From Fibrobacterales bacterium (GTDB lineage: Bacteria > Fibrobacterota > Fibrobacteria > Fibrobacterales > JAOPTW01), in assembly GCA_051532035.1 (NCBI GenBank), contig JAOPTW010000008.1, positions 128,001-192,000 of the forward strand: a stretch of DNA of 64,000 nucleotides, given 5' to 3'. The notes under the pieces are model-generated. The model saw nothing but the letters and a program-made list of their open reading frames with translations, made no database searches and was not told the origin of the DNA. The translations under genes and the position numbers were made by a program. Shown here one piece after another: positions 46,333 through 55,870 of this stretch (position 1 is the stretch's first letter; each line of letters starts with the position of its first letter).

Positions 46333-48381
46333 TTACAAAATCCCACGCTCATTAAAAAACTTAGTATACTGACGATCAACTCCCATAATGTGTTTGATAA
46401 GCCAATCTTTAAGAAAAGCCATGATATCTTTTGAAACCATTGCACGTCCCTCCGCCACATCATCTCTGAAAGCCGCTATTTTATCTACAAACGCTTTATG
46501 CTGTGTAATGTGAAATTCCGCACCAGGGAAATTAAACTTTTTAAAGTTTCGTTCTTCATTTCCAAAATGATATTCGGTATAATCGATCAACCCATCGATT
46601 ATTTTCCCTAAGACCTCTTTTGACTTCCCTTCACTCATGGCAAGATTAAGATCATTGATCATACCAATCAAAACCTGGTGATCACTATCAAATTCATCAA
46701 CGCCAACACTGAGAGAATCCTCCCACCTAATAAGCGCTGTCTCAATTTTAAATACATTAACAACTTTGGTAAGTTCACCAGCCAAAAGCTGGAGCTCATT
46801 GGCCTTTTTCCGAGACTCACCAAGATTAGAAACAATTTCACCAATCTCTTTTTGTACATCACCCATACTATGGCTCACTTCTTCAACACCAGAGGCCGTT
46901 TCAGCCGCTCCCTCAGATATTTTTTGTGAACTACTATTCACGTTACCCAGATTACCCGATATTTCATTAATGACCTCACTCTGTTCACTCATAGAAAGTA
47001 CAATACTATTTGATATCTGATGAACCTTCTCGACCACCTTCACTACATCTGTTATAGCACTATGCGACTCTTTTGTGTAACCCTGCATCTCTTCAATCTG
47101 CCTTCTTATCAGTCCTGTTGAGTTTGATGTTTGATCCGCTAAGTTTTTCACCTCACTTGCAACGACTGCAAACCCTTTACCCGCATCACCTGCCGATGCC
47201 GCCTCTATGGTCGCGTTTAGGGCGAGTAGATTTGTCTGATCTGCAATATCATGTATAACACTCACCACCCTTCCAATCTCTTCACCTGAAGTATCAAGGT
47301 TATCCATAACCCTAAGAGATTCAACAATTTTATTATTTGCCTCTTGAGCCAAGTCTGCCTCTTCTCTACAATTTTGAGCAACTTCTGCTATTGCAGCACT
47401 CATTTCTTCTATAGAAAGAGCTACGGTATTCACTGAATCAGAAGAACTTCCCACATCACCCGAAATAGAACGCACCCGTACTGAGGCCTGCTCTGTCGCG
47501 CTCGCCACCTGAATAGAACTCCCCTTCATACGTTCAGCTCTCTCCGAAAGCTCACTAAACTGTCGTGAAAAGTCATCGGCAACCGAAATCAATATATTAT
47601 TTGCTGTGTAAATTTCACTAATGAGTGAGGTCATATTCTCCCCGAGCTTCCCCACCTTATTGAGAGTTTCATCAATTTCATCAATTTCATCAATAGATAT
47701 TAATTCTGTCAGGTCTCCCTCACTATATTTCTGAAGGATTCTATTAGCTCGTTCGAGTTTTCTCAGCACCCTAATCACAATGAAAAAAGCAAAAAGCGTA
47801 CACAGCCCCCCTAAAACGACACCAACAAATTGGATCATTTTAAGTGTTTCTACATGGGCCTCGGACTCTAACTGTAGTTCCTGTACTGATGCATCGGAAG
47901 CCACAAGCAATGCTTCAAACAAGTGATCAACATCTTTTATTAAATCACTATTTTTAAAGCCATCAGACTCTAATTTCGTCAACATCATTGTCAATTCAGT
48001 CCATATGACATCTACCTGTTTTAACTTCTTCACTTCATCTGGATGTGCTTTGGGGGCAATTATTTTTTTGCTATCTACTGCTAAGCTCAAGGGTATTTCT
48101 CCGCCCTTTAGTAATCCATCTAAAGTCTCATCAAAAACACGAATTGCATTATGCATATCCTCTTTTGTTTTTGACCTGCCCCCCCCAGTGTTACTTTCAA
48201 ATACACACAGAAGAACATCTTTATATATTTTCTGACTCAGCATCCGCTGCCGTCCAGCGAGATTTACCACTTCTGAATCCGACTCAACTGCTGCCAATAT
48301 GATCAACGTAGCGATAAACATTCCAAAAATGACTAAACCACTCAAAAGAGCCGCTAAAGGAAGCTTAAATTTTAACTTCAT
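46333..48381 (-). CDS. Methyl-accepting chemotaxis protein with PilJ/NarX-type sensor and C-terminal hemerythrin
   Basis: TM1, [16 protein letters not shown]2, [38 protein letters not shown] hairpin, hemerythrin ligands H / HFGNE / HITQH / HIMGVD. Confidence 0.92.
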   Translation of the reverse strand: MKLKFKLPLAALLSGLVIFGMFIATLIILAAVESDSEVVNLAGRQRMLSQKIYKDVLLCVFESNTGGGRSKTKEDMHNAIRVFDETLDGLLKGGEIPLSLAVDSKKIIAPKAHPDEVKKLKQVDVIWTELTMMLTKLESDGFKNSDLIKDVDHLFEALLVASDASVQELQLESEAHVETLKMIQFVGVVLGGLCTLFAFFIVIRVLRKLERANRILQKYSEGDLTELISIDEIDEIDETLNKVGKLGENMTSLISEIYTANNILISVADDFSRQFSELSERAERMKGSSIQVASATEQASVRVRSISGDVGSSSDSVNTVALSIEEMSAAIAEVAQNCREEADLAQEANNKIVESLRVMDNLDTSGEEIGRVVSVIHDIADQTNLLALNATIEAASAGDAGKGFAVVASEVKNLADQTSNSTGLIRRQIEEMQGYTKESHSAITDVVKVVEKVHQISNSIVLSMSEQSEVINEISGNLGNVNSSSQKISEGAAETASGVEEVSHSMGDVQKEIGEIVSNLGESRKKANELQLLAGELTKVVNVFKIETALIRWEDSLSVGVDEFDSDHQVLIGMINDLNLAMSEGKSKEVLGKIIDGLIDYTEYHFGNEERNFKKFNFPGAEFHITQHKAFVDKIAAFRDDVAEGRAMVSKDIMAFLKDWLIKHIMGVDRQYTKFFNERGIL

Positions 48382-48498
48382 ATGATATACCTATACTATT
48401 ACGTAAACAAAGTATATCACTCTTATACGAGTCAAAACCACCTATTTTTAGGCAAAGAGATAAGGAGAGAAAAGAAAAGCATCTATGAAGCGCACTTC

Positions 48499-50013
48499 TT
48501 ACTTAACAGCAATGGGGAATGATGGAATAGCACTCTCAATCACATCAATAACCGAGATACTATCACTATCTTTCCAGGCATTATAGAGCGAATCACCGTA
48601 GAAGACTGCCGTTGCAAAAGGAACATCGCTTTCGTCCCAATTCAGAGTAGTCTCCAAAAATGTCATCCCTTGTTCACTAGGCCAATTCGTCCACCCAACT
48701 AAAGAGTGACTGGGTAGTAACACTATAACCGGATTCAGTGAAATATGTTTCAACAATGCAGCCCAAAGAACAGTTCCATCAATACAGTTGGCCCCTCCCG
48801 ATGCAAGAGTCTCACCAGGAAATAGAACTTTCTGACGACCAGTCGTTGAAAATGTGCTATTAATATACCGTATGTCCCTATCCTGGAGTGCCTTATAGAG
48901 CGCCTCTACTTGAGATTCAACAACACTCTCTTTAGTTGCCCCCAAAACTTCCTGGTAGCCTACAAAAGATGCATCAAGAGTATACGCAATTGCTTCTTTA
49001 CTCAACGCCTCCAATGAAGGCTCATTATGCTGGGCCCACCGCACGATATACTCTTCATAGTCCACAACATCATATGCAGTTGTACTGTCATTATCGTAAT
49101 CAAATACACGCTGAGATGACCACGTATTTGCAGGGGCGATGGACGAGCCATTACTCTCACTATGTATCAAGATAGTTCTGTCATTTTTAACTAAAAAGAT
49201 ACGAACCGACACTTGTACATCGATTTGCTCTAAGATTTCTGCAATAGCTTCATACTTTAAATTGGGTAGTAGTGAAACATCTATAGTACTCAATTTACCC
49301 ACAACGACAGTCTCTGATGCCATCTCAGTATACCCCGGTATTTCAACCTCAACAAGAACTCTATAACTTTCTTGACTGTTTCTATTCTCTATTTTTACGG
49401 TAGCAAGGGACTGAAAAAGTTCATATCCCGTAAAGACTTCCTCATAGTATGGATAGAGTGTCGGATTAATAATAGTTTGTTGAGTATACACAGCAATACC
49501 GAGATAATTTGAACCACTTGCAGTATGGAGTTCAGTATAGATATTTGCATATAATGAATCATACGCTACGACACGTGCACTATCAACGTCTTCTTGGTGT
49601 ACTTGTGAGAGACTATCATAGGCTTTTGCTTGCGCCTCAATCAGACTATCAAGCAATAATACTTGTGTCTCCCTCAAACTATCCAACACCCTTTGTTGTG
49701 CATCTGCCTGAGCTATAGTAAGAGAGTCTGCAAAAACCTTCGCAAGAGAATCATACTCCGCTTCTATCCTCTCGGACTCTATTTCATGAAAATCTTCGTA
49801 GAGGTCAGCATACAATTGTCGCTGATCATCAGAATCATTCTTGCTCTGAGAAATTTCACTGAGAATACTATCCTTTATAGCCAGAAAAAGGCTATCAGAA
49901 AGGGATTCAGCCGGCTCATTTGTCGGGGCAGTACTCGACCCACTCTCAAAGCATCCAATAAATAACAAAGTTACCAGCACTACAAGCACCACTCTCAACG
50001 CAGAATATTTCAT
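48499..50013 (-). CDS. Lipoprotein with coiled-coil stalk and transglutaminase/papain-like C-terminal domain
   Basis: LFIGC lipobox (start ATG 50013); repeated xDSL motifs; ANCIDG...SHSLVGW...FLETT. Confidence 0.6.
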   Translation of the reverse strand: MKYSALRVVLVVLVTLLFIGCFESGSSTAPTNEPAESLSDSLFLAIKDSILSEISQSKNDSDDQRQLYADLYEDFHEIESERIEAEYDSLAKVFADSLTIAQADAQQRVLDSLRETQVLLLDSLIEAQAKAYDSLSQVHQEDVDSARVVAYDSLYANIYTELHTASGSNYLGIAVYTQQTIINPTLYPYYEEVFTGYELFQSLATVKIENRNSQESYRVLVEVEIPGYTEMASETVVVGKLSTIDVSLLPNLKYEAIAEILEQIDVQVSVRIFLVKNDRTILIHSESNGSSIAPANTWSSQRVFDYDNDSTTAYDVVDYEEYIVRWAQHNEPSLEALSKEAIAYTLDASFVGYQEVLGATKESVVESQVEALYKALQDRDIRYINSTFSTTGRQKVLFPGETLASGGANCIDGTVLWAALLKHISLNPVIVLLPSHSLVGWTNWPSEQGMTFLETTLNWDESDVPFATAVFYGDSLYNAWKDSDSISVIDVIESAIPSFPIAVK

Positions 50014-50135
50014 TCCAATCTCAAAAGAAAAATCATCCTCCATAAACTAACTTTTCGCCTGCCATCCACAAAGCAGTTCTCACAAAAATCACCAACATTA
50101 ACCAAAATCCCCCAAATAAGTAACAAAAAGACCAG

Positions 50136-50210
50136 AAAGAATGCAATGATACGCAAAGCGTATCGAGCCAACCAAAAGAGTGCAACGATGCGCAAAGCGC
50201 ATCAAGCCAA
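50136..50210. repeat. Two tandem 36-bp REP-like hairpin repeats
   Basis: AAAGAATGCAATGATACGCAAAGCGTATCGAGCCAA (50136-50171) and AAAGAGTGCAACGATGCGCAAAGCGCATCAAGCCAA (50175-50210), 31/36 identical. Confidence 0.85.
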
Positions 50211-50219
50211 AAGCAATCC

Positions 50220-50327
50220 ATTTTTTGGTTTATCAGATGGGAGATACAAGGAAGTGGGCACGTAGGCGTACGTTAGTACGTCAAGAACCCAATGACGCAG
50301 TAGATTCCGCCTGATAAACCAAAAAAT
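50220..50327. mobile_element. Putative MITE-like or structured non-coding element with 17-bp terminal inverted repeats
   Basis: ATTTTTTGGTTTATCAG ... CTGATAAACCAAAAAAT enclosing an inner GGCGTAC-GTTA-GTACGTC hairpin. Mobility is not demonstrated. Confidence 0.5.
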
Positions 50328-51538
50328 TAGAAGAGGTTTTTTATTAATTCATATCCCCCGACATAGGTACCGATTGCAGAACCCAATGTCGTGAATATCA
50401 TCACCAAAACAATACGAAGAATACGATTTTTCCACCATTGCTTATAGTGTCCCACATCCTCACTCAACTGTTCAAACTCAAACACTCTTGGTGGCTTAAG
50501 AAACACTTGTACAAATGCAGTTACATATCCCACACCCATTGCCGGATTAATACTCGTGATCGGCGCAGCAACAAATGCAACGATAGTGGTTACGGGATGC
50601 GCAAAGGCAATGAGAGAGCCAATAGCAGCAGGAATACCATTAATGAGTACCCAAAAAAGTAGATTCTCACCAGCCACTTCCACGCCTTTAGTCATGCCAA
50701 TATAGACAAGAGAACCAATAATTATTGCACCAATAAAGCTACCAATCAATATTCCCCATGGAATAGATCTCGGTATGGTATCAAGATCATCAAGATCTAC
50801 CGGAGTGTCATTTTCTAATATTTTAATAATACCAGGTACATGCCCCGCCCCAAGAATAGCAACTTTTTTATTACCACTTGCCTGTCGAATTTTTTCTGCA
50901 AGATATTGATCGCGCTCATCAATGAGGGTCTCTTTAACGGTAGGGAGGGCATCGCCCATCTCCTTCATCATCTCGGACATGGCATCACTTTGACGAAGCT
51001 CTCTGAGTTTATCTTCAGATATTTCTGCTTTTTCAAACAGTGAACCAAATATTGATGCAAGGAGCATACCCTTTTTATAGAGTGGTGTTTTCGTCCAGGC
51101 ACGTTTCATGGTTATTTTAATATCTCTATCGCACAATGCAACATCAATGTCTTTTTCTTTAGCGGTTTTAATTGATGCTAAAAACTCCGAACCTGGCTGT
51201 ACCCCAAGCTTTGATCCCAGCTTTTTTTGATAAGACGACATAATCAAACTCACCACAAACTGGGCAAGCTGTTTCTTTTTTATAATCTCACGAAGATCAA
51301 GAGATTGCCAGTTTTTCTCCGTCGTAATGGACTCATACCTTTTTTCATCAAGTTCAATACAGACAGTGTCAGGATGTTCTTCAACAATCACCTGTTGGGC
51401 TAAGTCAGCTGATTCTTGAGATACATGGGCAGTACCTACGAGGATATATTCTTTCGAACCTTTGGTGACGCGATAGATATCTGCATGTCCAGCAAGATCA
51501 ACAACAGGGTTATTTTCAATATTTTCAGAGTGGTCCAC
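50327..51538 (-). CDS. TraB/PrgY/GumN family protein with C-terminal TM domain
   Basis: LVGTAHVS, VCIELD, PGSEF, DRDI..T, IDERDQYLA, GAGHVPGI. Start may be GTG 51538 rather than ATG 51616. Confidence 0.9.
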   Translation of the reverse strand: MDHSENIENNPVVDLAGHADIYRVTKGSKEYILVGTAHVSQESADLAQQVIVEEHPDTVCIELDEKRYESITTEKNWQSLDLREIIKKKQLAQFVVSLIMSSYQKKLGSKLGVQPGSEFLASIKTAKEKDIDVALCDRDIKITMKRAWTKTPLYKKGMLLASIFGSLFEKAEISEDKLRELRQSDAMSEMMKEMGDALPTVKETLIDERDQYLAEKIRQASGNKKVAILGAGHVPGIIKILENDTPVDLDDLDTIPRSIPWGILIGSFIGAIIIGSLVYIGMTKGVEVAGENLLFWVLINGIPAAIGSLIAFAHPVTTIVAFVAAPITSINPAMGVGYVTAFVQVFLKPPRVFEFEQLSEDVGHYKQWWKNRILRIVLVMIFTTLGSAIGTYVGGYELIKNLF

Positions 51539-51649
51539 GAGGCTCAACCAGTTACAAATTTTGCCATAATGTAATAAATTTGCCTCTTGAAACCCCAGAA
51601 TTTGGAAAAATCTCATCTCCTTTGTTCATATACTCAAAAATGCACTCTA

Positions 51650-52108
51650 TCACCACTTATTTCGTTTCTCTATTTCTGATTGTAATATCCCAGTATAACA
51701 AAGCGAAACAGGCCCACTTGCATCAATCCAAAGATAGGCATATTGACCGAATGAATAGGCAATCTCTTCTGCCTGTTCTTTAGATATCTCAGGCACAAAT
51801 AGGTTAGATTCAATCGGCCAATCACCCGAAAGAGGCCGTCCTTCTGCATACCACATCTCATACCCCATTAAAGTGAGTTTCTTTTTGAGCTGTTCGTACC
51901 TACTTTGATTCTCCTCATCAGACAATCTTTCTGAACTGGGATTATCAGCAGCGATAAACAACGCTTCACTCCATCCCATATCCCCCATAAGCACCTGTAA
52001 CTTTACCGGGACGTGGTCGACCCTCATATGATACTCTTGCCCACCCATGCAAACCACATAATCTGTATGTATGTAATATTCATGAAGAGGGTTATCATTC
52101 TGTTTCAA
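51650..52108 (-). CDS. DUF3293-like protein
   Basis: FIAADNPSS...ENQSR...W.IE...FGQYAY pattern. Confidence 0.75.
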   Translation of the reverse strand: MKQNDNPLHEYYIHTDYVVCMGGQEYHMRVDHVPVKLQVLMGDMGWSEALFIAADNPSSERLSDEENQSRYEQLKKKLTLMGYEMWYAEGRPLSGDWPIESNLFVPEISKEQAEEIAYSFGQYAYLWIDASGPVSLCYTGILQSEIEKRNKW

Positions 52109-52260
52109 TTGGCTACTCTCTTGTTAATCTTGGTAAAAAAATGGAGATTTTTGGTTATGACAACGTTAGAATCATTATATTTTAATGCCATGGGACGGTG
52201 TGTTTTTTTCCACCTTAGCCCTATATTTAAGTATACCACACTAAACAATAAAGGTTGACC

Positions 52261-52962
52261 ATGAAACTGCTCATAATGCTTCTTGTTACCTCTCTTTTTC
52301 TTTTAAGTTGTAGCAGTGCAAAACGCAAAGATGACTACAAAACTGATGAGCTCCTCATAACCTTCAACCTCCACATCCAACAAGGGGAGTATGAAAATGC
52401 GGCCCAGATGCTAACCCCACCTGAACGATCAAAACTCATGATTGAAGGCGTCCTGTCACAACAAAGTATCCGCGGCATGAAAAACCTGAAAATTTCTCAA
52501 TTACGTAAATATGAATATTTTCTTGATGAGCAAAATAAACTGATAGGTCTCGCAGACGTCATCAATGGGACAGCCCAAAAAACCAAAATTTCTCAAGAGC
52601 AGCGAAAAGTCAAGCTCCACAAGAGGGCAAATGCCTCAGTTCAGACAGACTCCCTCTCTCACGATTCAAAACGTCCACAAAAGGTTATTGAATATAACCC
52701 TTATGAAGACCCAAATATGAATCAAATAACACCCAAGAATGACGTTGAAAATAAAGTGGAAATTGATGGCTTTCTCGCCCCTGACCAAACAACAGTCCCC
52801 GTACAAGATACGGTCATCGAACCCGCTGAAGAACCTACCCTTCCTTCAACCTCTCAACCGACCCAAGCTCAACCAGAAGCGCCCCCTGCCCAATCTTCGA
52901 CTAAAGCGGTAGCCCCGTCTCCTGAAAAGAAAGACTCGACAGCAGTTACCAAAGAAAAATAA
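52261..52962 (+). CDS. Hypothetical lipoprotein with Pro-rich disordered tail
   Basis: LLSC lipobox; AAGG SD before ATG 52261. Confidence 0.65.
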   Translation: MKLLIMLLVTSLFLLSCSSAKRKDDYKTDELLITFNLHIQQGEYENAAQMLTPPERSKLMIEGVLSQQSIRGMKNLKISQLRKYEYFLDEQNKLIGLADVINGTAQKTKISQEQRKVKLHKRANASVQTDSLSHDSKRPQKVIEYNPYEDPNMNQITPKNDVENKVEIDGFLAPDQTTVPVQDTVIEPAEEPTLPSTSQPTQAQPEAPPAQSSTKAVAPSPEKKDSTAVTKEK

Positions 52963-52991
52963 CTGTATTTTTAGCTACACTGCCTCCCAAG

Positions 52992-53063
52992 ATACTATCT
53001 CAGATATAAAAAGAGCGAGCCACCCATAAGGGTGGCTCGCTCTTTTTATATCTGAGATAGTAT
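52992..53063. terminator. Bidirectional terminator embedded in a perfect 34-bp inverted repeat
   Basis: ATACTATCTCAGATATAAAAAGAGCGAGCCACCC-ATAA-exact reverse complement, between convergent genes. Confidence 0.85.
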
Positions 53064-53073
53064 AGAATTAAGC

Positions 53074-54009
53074 CTACACAATACCTTTTATTAAGTCGAG
53101 CATTACACCTTTTTGTGCATGAAGCCGATTCTCTGCCTCGTCAAAACAGATTGAATAATCACTCTCCATCACTGCATCAGTAATCTCTTCTCCTCGGTGC
53201 GCCGGAAGGCAATGCGTTACCAAACAACCATCACCAGCCTGAGCTACTAATTCTGCAGTAATAGCATACGGTTCAAACACTTGAGCCTTCTCATCTTTTT
53301 CAGACTCTTGCCCCATACTCACCCATACATCAGAGTACAATACATCAGCACCTTTAACAGCCTCTTCTGGGTCATATATACATGCATAAGAGCCACCACT
53401 CTCTGCGAATAACGCTTGCATCTCCTCAACGAGTCCTGCAGGTTGCTCATACCCTTTAGGGCACGAAAGCACAAAATGCATACCCATTTTGGCTGCGAGT
53501 ATCATCAGTGAATTTGCAACATTGTTGCCATCCCCAATGAAAACCACTTTTTTTCCAAGAAGAGTCCCTTTGTGCTCGATAACACTTTGACCGAACGCAA
53601 GTGCTTGGCAGGGATGATAGTCGTCAGTGAGCGCGTTAATAACGGGCACAGAGCTCCATTCAGCCAATTCTTCTACCAGTGCTTGATCAAAACACCGAAC
53701 AACCAATGCATCAACCCAACGAGAAAGACAACGGGCAATATCTTTAATTGGTTCCCGTTTACCCATTCCAATTGAACTTGGGTCAAGGATAACACTGCTT
53801 CCACCTAACTGGGTAATCCCCACTTGAAAGGTTATAATAGTGCGTAAGCTTGGCTTCTCAAAATAGAGCGCAATAGTTTTACCCTTCAGCGCATCCGAAG
53901 CTCCCTGCATTTTAAATTCAGATTTTGTATCTCGTGCAGTGTTCAAAACCTGCTCAATATCAGCAACCGACCAGTCCTTAAGAGTCAGTAAATTTTCTTG
54001 ATTTTTCAT
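53074..54009 (-). CDS. argF: Ornithine carbamoyltransferase
   Basis: FEKPSLRT, HPCQ, GDGNNV, DVWVSMGQE, HCLPAHRGEE, EAENRLH. Start ATG 54009 with GAGG SD. Confidence 0.93.
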   Translation of the reverse strand: MKNQENLLTLKDWSVADIEQVLNTARDTKSEFKMQGASDALKGKTIALYFEKPSLRTIITFQVGITQLGGSSVILDPSSIGMGKREPIKDIARCLSRWVDALVVRCFDQALVEELAEWSSVPVINALTDDYHPCQALAFGQSVIEHKGTLLGKKVVFIGDGNNVANSLMILAAKMGMHFVLSCPKGYEQPAGLVEEMQALFAESGGSYACIYDPEEAVKGADVLYSDVWVSMGQESEKDEKAQVFEPYAITAELVAQAGDGCLVTHCLPAHRGEEITDAVMESDYSICFDEAENRLHAQKGVMLDLIKGIV

Positions 54010-54151
54010 ACCATACCTCGCTATGTGGCAAAGAGGAAAATTTAGTATTTTACCCCCCAAATCACACACATTCTAGTGTATTATTAATACATTTTGCCTA
54101 AAACTTAACTTTGTAAGCTCCCTAAAGCATACTATAATTTCCTCTATTACT

Positions 54152-55000
54152 ATGAGACTGACTAAAAAAGCATACGCAAAAATCAATCTTTTCCTTGATG
54201 TTCTCAGCAAAAGAGATGATGGCTACCACAATATCGGCACTCTCTTTCAACGCATTGGCATCCATGACTTACTCCATGGCGAACTCGCTGATGATTCAAT
54301 TATTGAATTGGAATCATCCCATCCAGTAACAGCGAATCCCCAAGATAATCTTATCTATAAAGCAGCCTGTGCCCTTAAAGAATATACAGGAACCAATAAA
54401 GGCGTACGCTTTCTACTCGAAAAAAAACTACCCTCTGGTGCTGGACTGGGAGGTGGTTCCGCAGATGGAGCTGCCGCACTTGTTCTATTAAACGACCTCT
54501 GGGGCTTACAACTCTCATTACCTGAACTCGAACAAATAGCGGCCCCGCTTGGTGCTGACATCCCTTTTATGATACAAGGTAAGAGTAGTTTTGGTGAAGG
54601 TATCGGTGACAAACTGTATCCTACCCACTCTCCCTGTGACCTTTCCGTACTTATCATTACACCCGATCTCTTTATTAGCACCCCTGACGCCTATAGTGCC
54701 CTTACCCCTTCAGGGAATAAACGCTATATCGATTTCAAGGCACAGTATATGAAATTTCATGGGAACATTCTCATTGACCCCACATACATATACAATAAAT
54801 TTGAAGAAACCATTATCCCCAAATACCCCGTCATACAAGAGATCAAGGAGAGCATGAGAGATTTTGGTGCGGTATCATCACTCCTTTCTGGGAGTGGGTC
54901 TAGTGTTTTTGGGTTATTTGAAGAAAAAAAGAGTGCTGAACGCTGTCTAAAGCTGTTAAAGACTCCAAAAAAATACGGCGCTGTAACTAATTTCAATTAA
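54152..55000 (+). CDS. ispE: 4-diphosphocytidyl-2-C-methyl-D-erythritol kinase
   Basis: AKINLFL...RDDGYH, PSGAGLGGGSAD, GADIPF, SGSGS. Confidence 0.96.
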   Translation: MRLTKKAYAKINLFLDVLSKRDDGYHNIGTLFQRIGIHDLLHGELADDSIIELESSHPVTANPQDNLIYKAACALKEYTGTNKGVRFLLEKKLPSGAGLGGGSADGAAALVLLNDLWGLQLSLPELEQIAAPLGADIPFMIQGKSSFGEGIGDKLYPTHSPCDLSVLIITPDLFISTPDAYSALTPSGNKRYIDFKAQYMKFHGNILIDPTYIYNKFEETIIPKYPVIQEIKESMRDFGAVSSLLSGSGSSVFGLFEEKKSAERCLKLLKTPKKYGAVTNFN

Positions 55001-55068
55001 ATCGAATTAAATACACAAAACAGCCTAGACAACTTTTGTACATTTTATAGATTTAGCACCACCAAAAT

Positions 55069-55141
55069 TGGGGTATAGTCAAGTTGGTAAGACACCAGAT
55101 TTTGATTCTGGTATGCGCTGGTTCGAGTCCAGCTACCCCAA
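55069..55141 (+). tRNA. tRNA-Gln (TTG)
   Basis: Acceptor TGGGGTA/TACCCCA; anticodon arm CCAGA-TTTTGAT-TCTGG; T arm GCTGG-TTCGAGT-CCAGC; CCA not encoded. Confidence 0.97.
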
Positions 55142-55180
55142 TTTTTTTAACTTCCCATTCGCGGGAGACGTGGAGCTTAT

Positions 55181-55789
55181 ATGAATACTGTAGAATTAAA
55201 CGCAGAGAAAAGAGAACAAGGCGCAAAAAGCATAAATAAAGCTATGCGCAAAGAGGGAAATATCCCTGCTGTCGTTTATGGTAACAAAGAAGAGTCTTTC
55301 TCTGTCGTAGTTGCAGAAAAAGAATTTAGAAAAGTTTATTTCAAAGGCCAAAGAAACAAGCTTGTTGAGCTTAAAGTTGGCGGCGATTCAAAGACTGTTA
55401 TAGTGTATGCTGTTCAACGTGACACATTCCAACAAACTGTTACTCATATTGATTTTAAAATTATTAATGAAAATGAGCCAGTAAACGTTCAAGTTTCTCT
55501 TAAACTAGAAGGCGTTCCTTACGGTGTTAAAACTGAAGGTGGCAAACTTTTCCAACCTACAAAAGTTGTAACAATTGCTTGTGACCCAAAACAAGAGATG
55601 CCTGAATCTGTTACTATCAATATAGACGAGTATAAAGCTGGCCACACATACTATGTACGTGACATTGATTTTGGTAACGCTACTCTTGCTTCTTCTGACA
55701 AAGCAGTTCTTTTTTCAATCTCTACTAAAGGTGGAAAGAAAGAGGGTGAAGAAGAGACAACTGAAGCTGCTGAGGCAACTGCAGGATAA
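55181..55789 (+). CDS. rplY: 50S ribosomal protein L25/Ctc
   Basis: GNIPAVVYG, HIDF, GVKTEGG; acidic tail; position between tRNA-Gln and pth. Confidence 0.95.
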   Translation: MNTVELNAEKREQGAKSINKAMRKEGNIPAVVYGNKEESFSVVVAEKEFRKVYFKGQRNKLVELKVGGDSKTVIVYAVQRDTFQQTVTHIDFKIINENEPVNVQVSLKLEGVPYGVKTEGGKLFQPTKVVTIACDPKQEMPESVTINIDEYKAGHTYYVRDIDFGNATLASSDKAVLFSISTKGGKKEGEEETTEAAEATAG

Positions 55790-55810
55790 TTTTTGCACAA
55801 TAGATTTTAT

Positions 55811-55842
55811 GAAAAGCCCTTATGTATATAAGGGCTTTTTTT
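55811..55842 (+). terminator. Intrinsic terminator after rplY
   Basis: AAAAGCCCTTAT-GTAT-ATAAGGGCTTTT followed by a T run. Confidence 0.8.
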
Positions 55843-55870
55843 ATTTTTACCTAAAAAAGAGTCTCATTCT

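Noticed and set aside
50136..50210. CRISPR array (36-bp palindromic repeats)
   Set aside because: Only two units, a 3-nt gap instead of a spacer, and no cas genes in the window.
50010..50221. Short ORFs 50033-50221 (-) and 50010-50195 (-)
   Set aside because: They are translations of the tandem repeat and AT-rich intergenic DNA, with no protein-like features.
50327..51616. Conjugation gene (TraB name)
   Set aside because: It is the TraB/PrgY/GumN (TIKI-like) family; there are no T4SS, relaxase or oriT features.
53074..54009. N-acetyl/N-succinyl-ornithine carbamoyltransferase (ArgF') because of SLRT instead of STRT
   Set aside because: The SMG loop (DVWVSMGQE) and HCLPAHRG are those of canonical OTC.
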